Counted from the stretch's first letter, positions 30,218 to 39,354 are shown. The stretch is DNA of 64,000 nucleotides from Pseudomonadota bacterium (GCA_018823135.1 JAHJJF010000051.1:7674-71673); one strand, 5' to 3'. The notes: generated from the letters alone by a model not told the origin. Numbers and translations are program-made.

Positions 30218-32073
30218 CTGACCCTCATTTTATTAATTTCATTGGAGACCATATCCTGTCTGAGGCTGAATAAGCCGTATTCCTGTTGCTGCAGTTTTTT
30301 TGCAATCTTACGGACATCCTTACGCTCCAGATTGCATCTCTTGGTCAATGAGTCGATGACCACTTCACCATAAGATGATCCATCATATAATTTTTTAAAA
30401 ACCATGTCAGATGGACCTCTGCATCCCCAACAGGACAAACCGTTTTTAGTACAGACGCCGCCGCAACCGCCGCGGGTGAGAAATCCCAGGCAGATCATGC
30501 CATTGGAAACGAAACAGATATTGCTGTCGTCGCTTGCAGAAAACGACTGCAGAGAATTTGAATTATTCCTGGTCACCTTCCGACCGCATTCAGCGCAAAC
30601 CACAGGTGCCACCTTTGGAAATTTTTCGCCATTCATTTCGGAGATGAGATCCATCAAAAGTCGAGGCTGGGGCGGGCAGCCGGCTAAAAAAAAGTCGACC
30701 CTGACATAATTTTCAAGATTCCTGGCTCGCCTGAGGAGGCTGACCCCTCTTTCCTGGTAGGTTGTTTGCAGATCTATGCCGCCCTTGCCTGAAAGATAAT
30801 AAGAAAAAGCATCATGGGCCATGCCATAGGTCTCCTCAATCAGCTCCTCAAGTTCAAAGCGATTGGCCATAGCCGGGACTCCTCCGGTTGCGGCGCAGGT
30901 TCCCCAGGCAATGAGAATTCGAGACTTGTTTCTAGCTTCTTCCAGAATATTCACATCATCTTTAAGACGGACCGCGCCTTCCACCAAGGCAATGTCAACT
31001 TCGGGTATTTCGTCCTGATCCAGAAGCATCGGGCAGTAAACGATTTCCACATTACTCTTAAGCAGTTCATCAAACACCGGGTCATCAATAAGCACTGCAG
31101 AGCACCCCGAGCAGGAAGACAGAGATATCATCGCGATTTTTATGGTTTGCTTTTTGCTGACTAGCGCGCCCCAATTCTGCGGGATAAGGGTGGAGGCCAT
31201 ATACGGGTTGGCGAGCAGAGCATTCTGCCTTCTTAATCGTAAAATCAGAGACTGGAGAATATGAAGGGCGAGTTCGGGTTTTTTTCGAATCTTTTCAAAA
31301 AATTCATCCTGGCTCAACGATACCAACAAAGTCTTTGAGGTAGCCAGAGCAGTGGCTGTTCTCTTGCAACCGCTGATAGTTGCCATCTCTCCAAAAAAAC
31401 CACCGGGGCCAAGAGTGGTGAGCACACATTTTTCTTTTCCGGATTGAATACTTACCTCGATAGAACCTTGTGCAACAAAAAACATAGACTTGGCAGACTC
31501 CCCTTCTTCAAAAATAACCTGGCCCTGCTCCACCCACTCCTCATTGCCTTCAGCATTCCAGATTTTCGAAATGTCTTTAACGGAAATGTCATTCCAGAGA
31601 ATTCCCTGGAAATCCTTTGTCCCGGTGCTGACCATTTTTGAAATGAGGGCACCGGGGCTTAACTCCTGGCTCATACCGAGAGCCAGACGCAGTGTTTCAT
31701 TTTCCACTGCCACTTCCCTGACTTTCTGACTGGATTGGTGTATACGCAGAATAATGCCGCGAAGCAGATGCAGAGAAACACCTGAGTCCTGCCGCATCTT
31801 TTCAAGAAGTGCTTCCCTGGTAAAACAAAGAAGTCGAGTTCGCTCGATTGCTTTGACGGTTGTAAGACGAAGATGGTCGGGAAGCAAGGCAACTTCACCA
31901 AAAAATTCCCCCTTTTCAAGAATGCAGAGGGAGACATTCTCCTCACCTCTCTTGTGGGAAACTTCAACCGCGCCGGATTGGATGATATACAATGAATCGC
32001 CAGAATCATCCTGCTTATATATCACTTTACCTTTTTCATATACGGCACCAAAAAGGTCTTCACCCGCGTTCAT
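30214..32073 (-). CDS. Fusion protein: two cyclic-nucleotide-binding domains plus [NiFe]-hydrogenase small subunit
   Basis: 619 aa. Residues about 1-290 hold two cNMP-binding domains (FGEVALLPDHLRLTTVKA and FFGEMATISGCKRTATALA). From about residue 308 there is a small subunit with SSCSGC, GTCAATGG and AGCPP cysteines, plus distal-cluster cysteines CAEC, GGCGGVC and CWGCRGP. Confidence 0.85.
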   Translation of the reverse strand: MNAGEDLFGAVYEKGKVIYKQDDSGDSLYIIQSGAVEVSHKRGEENVSLCILEKGEFFGEVALLPDHLRLTTVKAIERTRLLCFTREALLEKMRQDSGVSLHLLRGIILRIHQSSQKVREVAVENETLRLALGMSQELSPGALISKMVSTGTKDFQGILWNDISVKDISKIWNAEGNEEWVEQGQVIFEEGESAKSMFFVAQGSIEVSIQSGKEKCVLTTLGPGGFFGEMATISGCKRTATALATSKTLLVSLSQDEFFEKIRKKPELALHILQSLILRLRRQNALLANPYMASTLIPQNWGALVSKKQTIKIAMISLSSCSGCSAVLIDDPVFDELLKSNVEIVYCPMLLDQDEIPEVDIALVEGAVRLKDDVNILEEARNKSRILIAWGTCAATGGVPAMANRFELEELIEETYGMAHDAFSYYLSGKGGIDLQTTYQERGVSLLRRARNLENYVRVDFFLAGCPPQPRLLMDLISEMNGEKFPKVAPVVCAECGRKVTRNNSNSLQSFSASDDSNICFVSNGMICLGFLTRGGCGGVCTKNGLSCWGCRGPSDMVFKKLYDGSSYGEVVIDSLTKRCNLERKDVRKIAKKLQQQEYGLFSLRQDMVSNEINKMRVR

Positions 32074-32322
32074 TTTAACATACCCTTACTGATTTTTTCC
32101 GTTTGTGGCCATGGTTAGAAATAATGTGAAAATCCCAAAAGAAGATCATCAATACCCTTTCAGCTACTTTCAGTCAACCAAAGAATATGGATTTTTTCAC
32201 AGAGCGCCGTCCCTCTGAATTCCTTTCAAAACTTCAGAACAAAACTTGTAATCTTCGTAAAAATCCATAAACGGTACAAATTTAAATGAAGGTAATTTGA
32301 TCACTGGTGTCGACATGCCTTA

Positions 32323-32351
32323 TTGATCTAAAAATCAAATAATGCTACAAT
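32323..32351 (+). promoter_or_regulatory. Putative sigma70-type promoter for the CHASE2 kinase / PP2C operon
   Basis: TTGATC-N17-TACAAT about 120 nt upstream of the ATG at 32470. Confidence 0.5.
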
Positions 32352-32469
32352 GTTATTAATTTTCCTGTGGAGTTTTGATGGTTCCAATCCCAATACGTTT
32401 ATCTGTATAAAAAAACGAAAGATTCGGAAGATAAAAATACACTCACGCCTGAGACCATAAAACGACAAA

Positions 32470-35031
32470 ATGAACAGTATTAAACCGCATCATCTCTCTA
32501 AATGGATAATCTGTTCATTTCTTACCATCCTGATTATTATCGCCTCACTCTTTGATTTCTATCCCCTGCAGTTCCTGGAAAACAAGGTCTACGACCAGAT
32601 GTCACGCCTCCGGCCGCAAGACCCCGCGGAAAATATTGCGGTAATCGCCATTGATGACAATAGCATTAAAGAAATCGGCCCCTGGCCCTGGCCCCGATCA
32701 AAAATTGCCGAGATGGTCCAGTATCTTGCCGGTCATGGAGTTGATGCCATCGGCATTGATCTTTTATTTTCAACTCCGGAAACCAATGACGGGTTGGATG
32801 CAATCAATAACCTCCGGGCATGGCTGAAACAAAACGCCTCAAGGCTTGATGCAAATTCAAGCACACTCTTTGAAAAAAGGCTCAATCAGGCTTCCATTGA
32901 TATTGATAACGACACAAGACTGTTCTCAGCATTGATGCCGGCCAAAAATGTCGTTCTCCCTTTTTATTTCAACTATGACGGAAAATCGAAAAACAACGAG
33001 CAGGTCAACCTGGAAGATGCCGGGCTTCTCAAACATTCCATCCCGGATTCTGAACCCAAAGCCGATTTCAAAACCCTGCTGCTCAGCCTGCATAACCCGG
33101 TCATGGCTCTCAAGAATCATCAAGCCGCACCAGATGAAATTCTCACTACCCACAAAACACTTGCTAAGGCAGCCGGCGCCCACGGACACATAAACATCTC
33201 CCCTGACCCGGACGGTGTAGTGCGCCATGAAGCGCTCTTTTTCGAAAACCAGGGACGACTTTTCCCTTCTTTAGCCGTGCAGCTTGCTCTTGCCTATAAA
33301 GGAATCAAGCTCAAAGACCTGGAAACGACAAAAAAAGAAAAAAACTTTACCGGTATCCGGATTGGCGATCTTAAGGTCCCCACAGAAGCCGGCTACCAGA
33401 TGTTCATCAATTACAATGTAAACCGTGATAAACTGGTTTATTCTTTTACCGATGTACTGAACGGCAAGGTGCCGGATGAGACATTCAAGAATAAAGCGGT
33501 AATGATCGGGCTTACCGCTCATCCACCCGCAGCACTTCATTCCTCCCCGGTCCACAAGAAAATTTCCGATGTCGAAATCAAGGCCCAGGCTTTTGAAAAC
33601 ATTTTCTCTGAAAACCCGATCAAACGCCCCTACTGGGCATGGGCTCTTGAAACCGCTGTTCTGTTGTATTTCGGCTTTTTTATTCTTTTTGTGATTTCGC
33701 GGGTCAGCATCCGGCTCGGCGCCCTGATCCTCGGAAGCTTTCTTGCGGTCTGGTACGTCATTGTCTTGGCCATGTTCTACAGCGCCGACATCTGGTTTAA
33801 AGCCGCAACCCCGACCATTCTTGCAATCGGCGGATATTTATCGATTATCGCGGTGCGGAAATTTTCCGTTGCCTACAAACAGGATGAACACTCGGAAACC
33901 AATAAGATGCTGGGTATCTCCTTTCAGGGCCAGGGACTTCTCGACATGGCTCTCGAGTACTTCATGAAATGCCCGCTGCGGGATCCATCAGTCAAAGAAA
34001 AGCTCTATAACCTCGGCCTGGATTTTGAACGCAAAAGGATGTTCAACAAAGCTGTTTTCGTGTATGAGCATATCTCGAATGCCGGCGATTTCAAGGATAT
34101 CAAAGAAAAAATAATCCGCCTCAAATCAGCGGAGCAGCAGATCCATATGGGTTCCACCGGAAACATGCGGAATGAGGCGACCATGCGCCTGGACAGTGCT
34201 GACACCCTGCCCACCCTGGGACGTTATGAAATCATGCGGATTCTTGGTCAGGGTGCAATCGGCACGATCTATCTCGGCAAAGACCCGAAGATAAACCGTG
34301 AAGTGGCGATCAAGACCCTTCGTTACGAAGAAACCAACGAAAAGGAATTCAAAGATGTTAAAGACCGTTTCCTGCATGAAGCCGAAGCTGCCGGACGCCT
34401 GAACCATCCCAATATCGTAACCATCTATGATGCAGGGGAAGACATGGACGTTATTTACATGGCCATGGAACTCCTTACCGGTAAAGATCTCACCGCGTAC
34501 ACCAAGGAAGGCTCCCTGCTGCCGGCAAAAGAGGTCATCAGGATAATCATCAAAGTTGCAGAGGCCTTGAATTATGCCCATGATAACGCCGTGGTTCATC
34601 GTGATATAAAACCGGCAAATATCATGCTGCTTGATAAAGGGCAGGTAAAGGTTACTGACTTCGGTATTGCCAGGCTGATGAATGCCTCCCAGACCCAGAC
34701 CGGTGTTGTTATCGGCACTCCGAATTATATGTCGCCGGAGCAGGTGCTCGGCAAACGGGTTGACGGACGATCGGACCTGTTCTCCCTGGGCTCGGTGTTT
34801 TATGAGCTTCTTACCGGCTTAAAGCCCTTCAAGCATGATAATATCGGGCCGCTGATGCATAATATCGCCAGCTGCAATTTCAAACCTTTGATCGATGTCG
34901 CCCCTCTGCTGCCCGAATGCTGCGGGGCAATTATCAACAAATTGCTGGTCAAAGATCCCAACAAGAGATTCCAGAACGCCGACACAGTTGCCAGAAAACT
35001 ACAAGAATGCCTTAAAGAAATAGAAGGGTAA
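32470..35031 (+). CDS. CHASE2 sensor domain Ser/Thr protein kinase
   Basis: 853 aa. N-terminal TM; an extracytoplasmic CHASE2-like region (IAVIAIDDNSIKEIGPWPWPR); three TM helices; a TPR-like linker; a Hanks kinase domain (GQGAIGTIY, VAIK, HRDIKPANIML, DFG, GTPNYMSPE). Confidence 0.9.
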   Translation: MNSIKPHHLSKWIICSFLTILIIIASLFDFYPLQFLENKVYDQMSRLRPQDPAENIAVIAIDDNSIKEIGPWPWPRSKIAEMVQYLAGHGVDAIGIDLLFSTPETNDGLDAINNLRAWLKQNASRLDANSSTLFEKRLNQASIDIDNDTRLFSALMPAKNVVLPFYFNYDGKSKNNEQVNLEDAGLLKHSIPDSEPKADFKTLLLSLHNPVMALKNHQAAPDEILTTHKTLAKAAGAHGHINISPDPDGVVRHEALFFENQGRLFPSLAVQLALAYKGIKLKDLETTKKEKNFTGIRIGDLKVPTEAGYQMFINYNVNRDKLVYSFTDVLNGKVPDETFKNKAVMIGLTAHPPAALHSSPVHKKISDVEIKAQAFENIFSENPIKRPYWAWALETAVLLYFGFFILFVISRVSIRLGALILGSFLAVWYVIVLAMFYSADIWFKAATPTILAIGGYLSIIAVRKFSVAYKQDEHSETNKMLGISFQGQGLLDMALEYFMKCPLRDPSVKEKLYNLGLDFERKRMFNKAVFVYEHISNAGDFKDIKEKIIRLKSAEQQIHMGSTGNMRNEATMRLDSADTLPTLGRYEIMRILGQGAIGTIYLGKDPKINREVAIKTLRYEETNEKEFKDVKDRFLHEAEAAGRLNHPNIVTIYDAGEDMDVIYMAMELLTGKDLTAYTKEGSLLPAKEVIRIIIKVAEALNYAHDNAVVHRDIKPANIMLLDKGQVKVTDFGIARLMNASQTQTGVVIGTPNYMSPEQVLGKRVDGRSDLFSLGSVFYELLTGLKPFKHDNIGPLMHNIASCNFKPLIDVAPLLPECCGAIINKLLVKDPNKRFQNADTVARKLQECLKEIEG

Positions 35032-35043
35032 TTCAGGTCAATC

Positions 35044-35814
35044 GTGAAAATTCTTACCGCAGGCCTGACCCATAAAGGGCTTGTAAGAAAAACCAATCAG
35101 GACTGCTTTCTAGTCTGTGACCAGTCGCCATCACTTTATATCGTCGCCGACGGCATTGGCGGCAACCTCGCGGGTGAAGTAGCCAGCCGCATGGCAGTTG
35201 ATATCATAAAGGACCATATCAGCAGCGTAAGGTCCGGTGATCAGCCCTATATGAACGGCTTTGACAGATCCCTCTCCGAGTCCCGAAACCGCCTGACTTC
35301 AGCAATACAACTTGCCAACCACATCATCTATCTTGCTTCCAAGGAAAAAACCGAATGGAAAGGAATGGGCACCACCGTTGCGGCAGCCTGGCTTTCCAAA
35401 AGAAATGAACCAAATCTTACCATCGGCCATGTGGGCGACAGCCGCATCTTTCTCATTCGTAATAATACGATCAGGCAGCTCACCAAAGACCATTCGATAC
35501 GCGTTGAACGACGCCAGAACGATTTTCTGCAGGTCTCAACCCATGCATTGGGTCCGCAAATAAAAAATTATCTTTCCCGTGCCGTTGGCACTGATAAAAA
35601 TGTCTGCGTCGACACCCGGGAAATTAAAATTCTCCCGCAGGATAGGTTTCTTCTGGCAAGCGACGGCTTGACCAATATGATAAGCGATGAGGTTATTTTG
35701 AAAATTCTCTGCTCAGAGAACAATCCTGAAAGCGCCTCACAACATTTGATTGACGCAGCAAAAAAGAACGGCGGCCGGGATAATATTACGGTTATTGTGA
35801 TTCATTCGAAATGA
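35044..35814 (+). CDS. PP2C-family Ser/Thr phosphatase
   Basis: 256 aa with ADGIGG, GMGTT, VGDSR, LASDGL and GGRDNITV motifs. GTG start 12 nt after the kinase stop. Confidence 0.9.
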   Translation: MKILTAGLTHKGLVRKTNQDCFLVCDQSPSLYIVADGIGGNLAGEVASRMAVDIIKDHISSVRSGDQPYMNGFDRSLSESRNRLTSAIQLANHIIYLASKEKTEWKGMGTTVAAAWLSKRNEPNLTIGHVGDSRIFLIRNNTIRQLTKDHSIRVERRQNDFLQVSTHALGPQIKNYLSRAVGTDKNVCVDTREIKILPQDRFLLASDGLTNMISDEVILKILCSENNPESASQHLIDAAKKNGGRDNITVIVIHSK

Positions 35815-35842
35815 AGGACTATCGACTGAAGTCGATAGTGTG

Positions 35843-35980
35843 AGGCACAGAGGCAGAAGGCACAAAGTGGGGGGAAAAAAACACCACCCAGACCAACCGT
35901 CATTGAGTACCGTTATTTCTTCGTATTGTATTTCTTTATTCTCTTTTACTCTGTGCCTTCTGCCTTCTGCCTCTGTGCCT
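35843..35980. repeat. Long inverted repeat (about 25-nt GGCAGAA/GGCACAG-rich arms) flanking an ~80-bp core between convergent genes
   Basis: The left arm AGGCACAGAGGCAGAAGGCACAAAG (35843-35867) is complementary to 35949-35980, apart from a 7-nt GAAGGCA duplication and one mismatch. Confidence 0.8.
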
Positions 35981-36074
35981 GTAATTCATAGATTATGCTG
36001 ATCGTTTTGAAGACGGTGGGTTTAAACTGAACTTGAGACTAATACATTTCGAGGTTTCCTGGCTTGCACCTTCA

Positions 36075-37568
36075 TCAGGATTTATTCAACCGCGTGATAT
36101 GTTCGAGTCCAAGGCTTGCATGGCGGGCAAAGTTTTCGAAATTCTCAAAGCTCATCTGGTCCATGTCGCGGCCGCTGGGGATGCGGTCACAATAAAACAG
36201 GCCAATGGTTTTGCCGCTGACGATTATCGGCGACACAAAAAATTCATCGCCGCCGACGAGCTCCTTGATTTCATCGGACACGAGGTCCGCCACTGAAGAT
36301 TGCGGCTGGCCGATCCAGACGCTCAGATTGTTGTCAAGGACGGTCTTAAAAAGATTCCTTCTCCCGGAAGCGATAAAAATTTTAAACCGTTCAAGCATCT
36401 TTGTCCTTTCAAATCCCAGGACGAATCGCGCATTGAGGTATTGATGGTCCGGGGATACAAGGGCAAACAATGTCCGGTCCATGCCGACTCCCCGGTAAAT
36501 GCCTTCAAGGGTCATTTCAAGAAGCACGTTGAAATTCGGCTTTTCAAAAAGCAAGGCGGTCATCTCGCGAAGAATATCCAGTTGCAGAAGCGGATTATAT
36601 TGCGGGATCTCAGAAGTTTTCGGTTCAAACTCCTCCACCGTGTCGATCATGGACCCATCAGTTTGCTTCGAAACACGACGATCATCTTTGCCCGGCTTGT
36701 AAGGTATTGGAATAATATTTGCCACCTTGCTGACTCCATAGGTCCTGCTCACCCTGGCGGCTTCAAGAGCATTGCCCTGAATCATCTCCTGTATCTCATC
36801 ACGGCCAAAACCCGATATCCGGCTATATTCCCTGACGGTATCAGCCACCTCCTCACTCTGCCAGCCTTTTTCAGCCGCAGCTGCTAGGTCATAACTGATA
36901 TTGATCAGTTGTCCTCTCTTGCCAACTTTCTTCTTGGGGTCCAAGGCTTCTTCGAGCAGAGAATTCAGGTGCCAGTCCTGGACCAGTCGCTGGGTCAATT
37001 TGCGCAACGGAAATCCCAACACCTTCTGCTCCGCCTCTTCCCGAGGAACGCCTTTCTTTATCTCGGCCTTCAAGGCCTCCCCTTCCTGCTTGGCAAAACA
37101 CCAGAAAGCAAGCTCACCGATATTATGCAGCAGGGTTGCGACAAAGATTTCTTCAGAAGATTTGTCTCCCATTTTTTCCGCCATGGACCTCGCCTGGGTG
37201 GCGGCGTGCAGAGATCTGGCAAGTTCGGCCATGAGCAGATCGCGGTTTGCTGAGCGGACAATGGATTCCACCAGAGCAACGGTCAGAGTGATTGCCCGCA
37301 CCTTGTCAAAACCCATGAGCATGATCGCCCGGCTTATGGTACTGATGCTTTTATTTGAAGGATTATAAAAGGCGGTATTGGCAAGTTTTAACACCTTGGC
37401 AGTCATAGCCGTGTCCTGCAATACCACCCTGGTCAATTCCGAAACGGAACTGTCGCTGTTTTCCGCAACACTTACGATTTCCTGAACAGTGCGGCCGAAA
37501 ATCGGCATATCTTCCTGGTTAAGTCGCTGGAGCCAGGCATCAAAATTATTCTCAGGTTTTTTGGACAT
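36075..37568 (-). CDS. HDOD domain / GAF domain signalling protein
   Basis: 497 aa with an N-terminal HDOD region (LKLANTAFYNP...LLHNIGELAFW) and a C-terminal GAF-like domain. Confidence 0.82.
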   Translation of the reverse strand: MSKKPENNFDAWLQRLNQEDMPIFGRTVQEIVSVAENSDSSVSELTRVVLQDTAMTAKVLKLANTAFYNPSNKSISTISRAIMLMGFDKVRAITLTVALVESIVRSANRDLLMAELARSLHAATQARSMAEKMGDKSSEEIFVATLLHNIGELAFWCFAKQEGEALKAEIKKGVPREEAEQKVLGFPLRKLTQRLVQDWHLNSLLEEALDPKKKVGKRGQLINISYDLAAAAEKGWQSEEVADTVREYSRISGFGRDEIQEMIQGNALEAARVSRTYGVSKVANIIPIPYKPGKDDRRVSKQTDGSMIDTVEEFEPKTSEIPQYNPLLQLDILREMTALLFEKPNFNVLLEMTLEGIYRGVGMDRTLFALVSPDHQYLNARFVLGFERTKMLERFKIFIASGRRNLFKTVLDNNLSVWIGQPQSSVADLVSDEIKELVGGDEFFVSPIIVSGKTIGLFYCDRIPSGRDMDQMSFENFENFARHASLGLEHITRLNKS

Positions 37569-37690
37569 TAAATATTCCCGATTAAAGGTATTGATTTCAG
37601 ATTAATCCTGAATGTAATATACAGTACTTCATTGTAAAATTGATTGTCTTCTAAAAAATCTTATTCAGCACCGAGATGGGCTAAGTCAAT

Positions 37691-37790
37691 AAGTTCGAGT
37701 TAGAAGGCGGAGCGTTTTGGCCAGGGACGAGACTATACATGAGGTATGTCGAGTGTCTGGCCAAAAACTACAAAGCAGTAGATCGAACTT
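37691..37790. repeat. 100-bp nested hairpin element upstream of the methyltransferase gene
   Basis: Outer arms AAGTTCGA (37691-37698) / TCGAACTT (37783-37790). Inner arms TTTTGGCCAG (37715-37724) / CTGGCCAAAA (37757-37766). Confidence 0.8.
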
Positions 37791-37836
37791 TTTACGACGC
37801 CATCAAAACTTATTTCCCTTTTTCACCTCAGTTAAA

Positions 37837-38466
37837 ATGAAAACAGACAACCCTTATGAACTCCATGCCGATTCATACGAAGCATGGTTTGATAAATATT
37901 CGTATGCCTATCAATCCGAGCTTGCCGCGGTAAGGATGCAACTCCCCAAAGGCTCAGGGATTGAGATCGGCGTCGGTACCGGACGGTTTGCCGGCCCGCT
38001 GGGGATTCCATTTGGCGTTGAGCCTTGTCTGGCAATGGCGGATTATGCCGGTGCCAGTGGTGTTCAAATTATCCGCGCAGTTTCGGAGTCCCTTCCCATA
38101 AAAAGCCGGACCTTTGATTTTGTCCTCTTTGTGACAGTGCTCTGTTTTGTACAAGACATTCCAAAAACCCTTGCGGAGGCAAATCGTATCCTCAAGCCGC
38201 GAGGCTCGCTTGTTATTGCCTTCATTAACCGGTCAAGCACACTGGGAACAAATTATGACGCCCATAAAAAACAAAGTGTTTTTTATACAAACGCAAACTT
38301 TTATACCGCCGAAGAAATCAATAGATTCATGATCGACACCGGCTGTTCGAACCTCAAACATGTTCAGACGATTTTTAATGATCCGCTCCGGATGGATAAA
38401 CAAGACGATACTTTACCGGGGTCCGACAAAGGGGCTTTTATCGTTGCCAGGGGTATAAAATTTTAA
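37837..38466 (+). CDS. Class I SAM-dependent methyltransferase
   Basis: The EIGVGTGRF motif I and the LKPRGSLVIAF post-motif region are present. I chose the ATG at 37837, because the ORF-track extension to 37717 runs through the hairpin element. Confidence 0.8.
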   Translation: MKTDNPYELHADSYEAWFDKYSYAYQSELAAVRMQLPKGSGIEIGVGTGRFAGPLGIPFGVEPCLAMADYAGASGVQIIRAVSESLPIKSRTFDFVLFVTVLCFVQDIPKTLAEANRILKPRGSLVIAFINRSSTLGTNYDAHKKQSVFYTNANFYTAEEINRFMIDTGCSNLKHVQTIFNDPLRMDKQDDTLPGSDKGAFIVARGIKF

Positions 38467-38473
38467 TAAGCTT

Positions 38474-39334
38474 ATGAATATGAAAACAACAACTTCAGCG
38501 ATAAAAACTTATTCCATGCTCATTTCTTTTCTTGTCCTTGCCCCCTGCCAGATTCTGGCTGCAACCCAGGATCTGGCACGCGAATTTTTCATACAATCCG
38601 GCCTGCAAAATGAAATCGGGCAACTACCCAACCATATCAAAACCTCCTTTGCAGAAGGCAGAAAAGGGCCGATCCGGATGTCGGATGATGACTTCAGAGG
38701 ACTTGAAAGAATAATCGACACAGCCTTTGCCCCGGAAAAAATTCAGTCCGCAGTGGTTCGCAGGATTACTGCCGTGGACGAAGTTACCCTGAATAATGCC
38801 CTCAACTGGCTCAACACGCCACTGGGAAAAAAAATCGTCGAAATCGAAATGGCTGCCTCGACTCCTGAAGCATATAAAGAACAGGATATCCTTGCGGAAC
38901 AGCAGATAAACTCACTGGGCACAAAAGAACGGCTCAATCTGCTGCTCAAACTCGACGAGGCAGCCCAATCAACCGATTTCGCCGTTGACATGCAGCTCAA
39001 CATGCAGATCGCCATGGTCTCGGCGCTTTACTCATCCATGCCGGACACCCCGGAGGTTTCAATCGATCAGATTGCCGAGGAGGCAAGAGCCAGCCGTTTC
39101 AAACTCAAGGCGATCATGAGTCAACGGGTCATTGCCGGATCTTTTTACACCTATAAAACCCTTACAGACCTGGAAATCCAACAATACATTAATTTCCTGA
39201 ACCAGAATTCCATCCAGCAATTCTACACCATTGTGATGACCGCATTAAACGACGCCTTTGTTGTTTCCAGCAAGGAGATGGCCGAAGCGATTTTCTCCCG
39301 CACCAAGGAGCAGCAGGAAAAGTTCGGAAACTAA
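38474..39334 (+). CDS. Secreted hypothetical protein
   Basis: 286 aa with a signal peptide (…LVLAPCQILAATQ). Helical, protein-like composition; family not recognised. Confidence 0.7.
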   Translation: MNMKTTTSAIKTYSMLISFLVLAPCQILAATQDLAREFFIQSGLQNEIGQLPNHIKTSFAEGRKGPIRMSDDDFRGLERIIDTAFAPEKIQSAVVRRITAVDEVTLNNALNWLNTPLGKKIVEIEMAASTPEAYKEQDILAEQQINSLGTKERLNLLLKLDEAAQSTDFAVDMQLNMQIAMVSALYSSMPDTPEVSIDQIAEEARASRFKLKAIMSQRVIAGSFYTYKTLTDLEIQQYINFLNQNSIQQFYTIVMTALNDAFVVSSKEMAEAIFSRTKEQQEKFGN

Positions 39335-39354
39335 GCTGTCCGTTTTTCATAACT

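Noticed and set aside
32187-32202. CRP/FNR-like half-site TGTGAAAAAATCCATA upstream of the cNMP-hydrogenase operon
   Set aside because: Only one TGTGA half matches. The second half (CCATA versus TCACA) is poor, which is not enough to call a binding site.
37717-37836. 40-codon N-terminal extension of the methyltransferase ORF (TTG start at 37717)
   Set aside because: The extension is encoded by the nested hairpin element (37691-37790) and translates to an Arg/Ser-rich non-conserved peptide. The methyltransferase fold begins right after the ATG at 37837.
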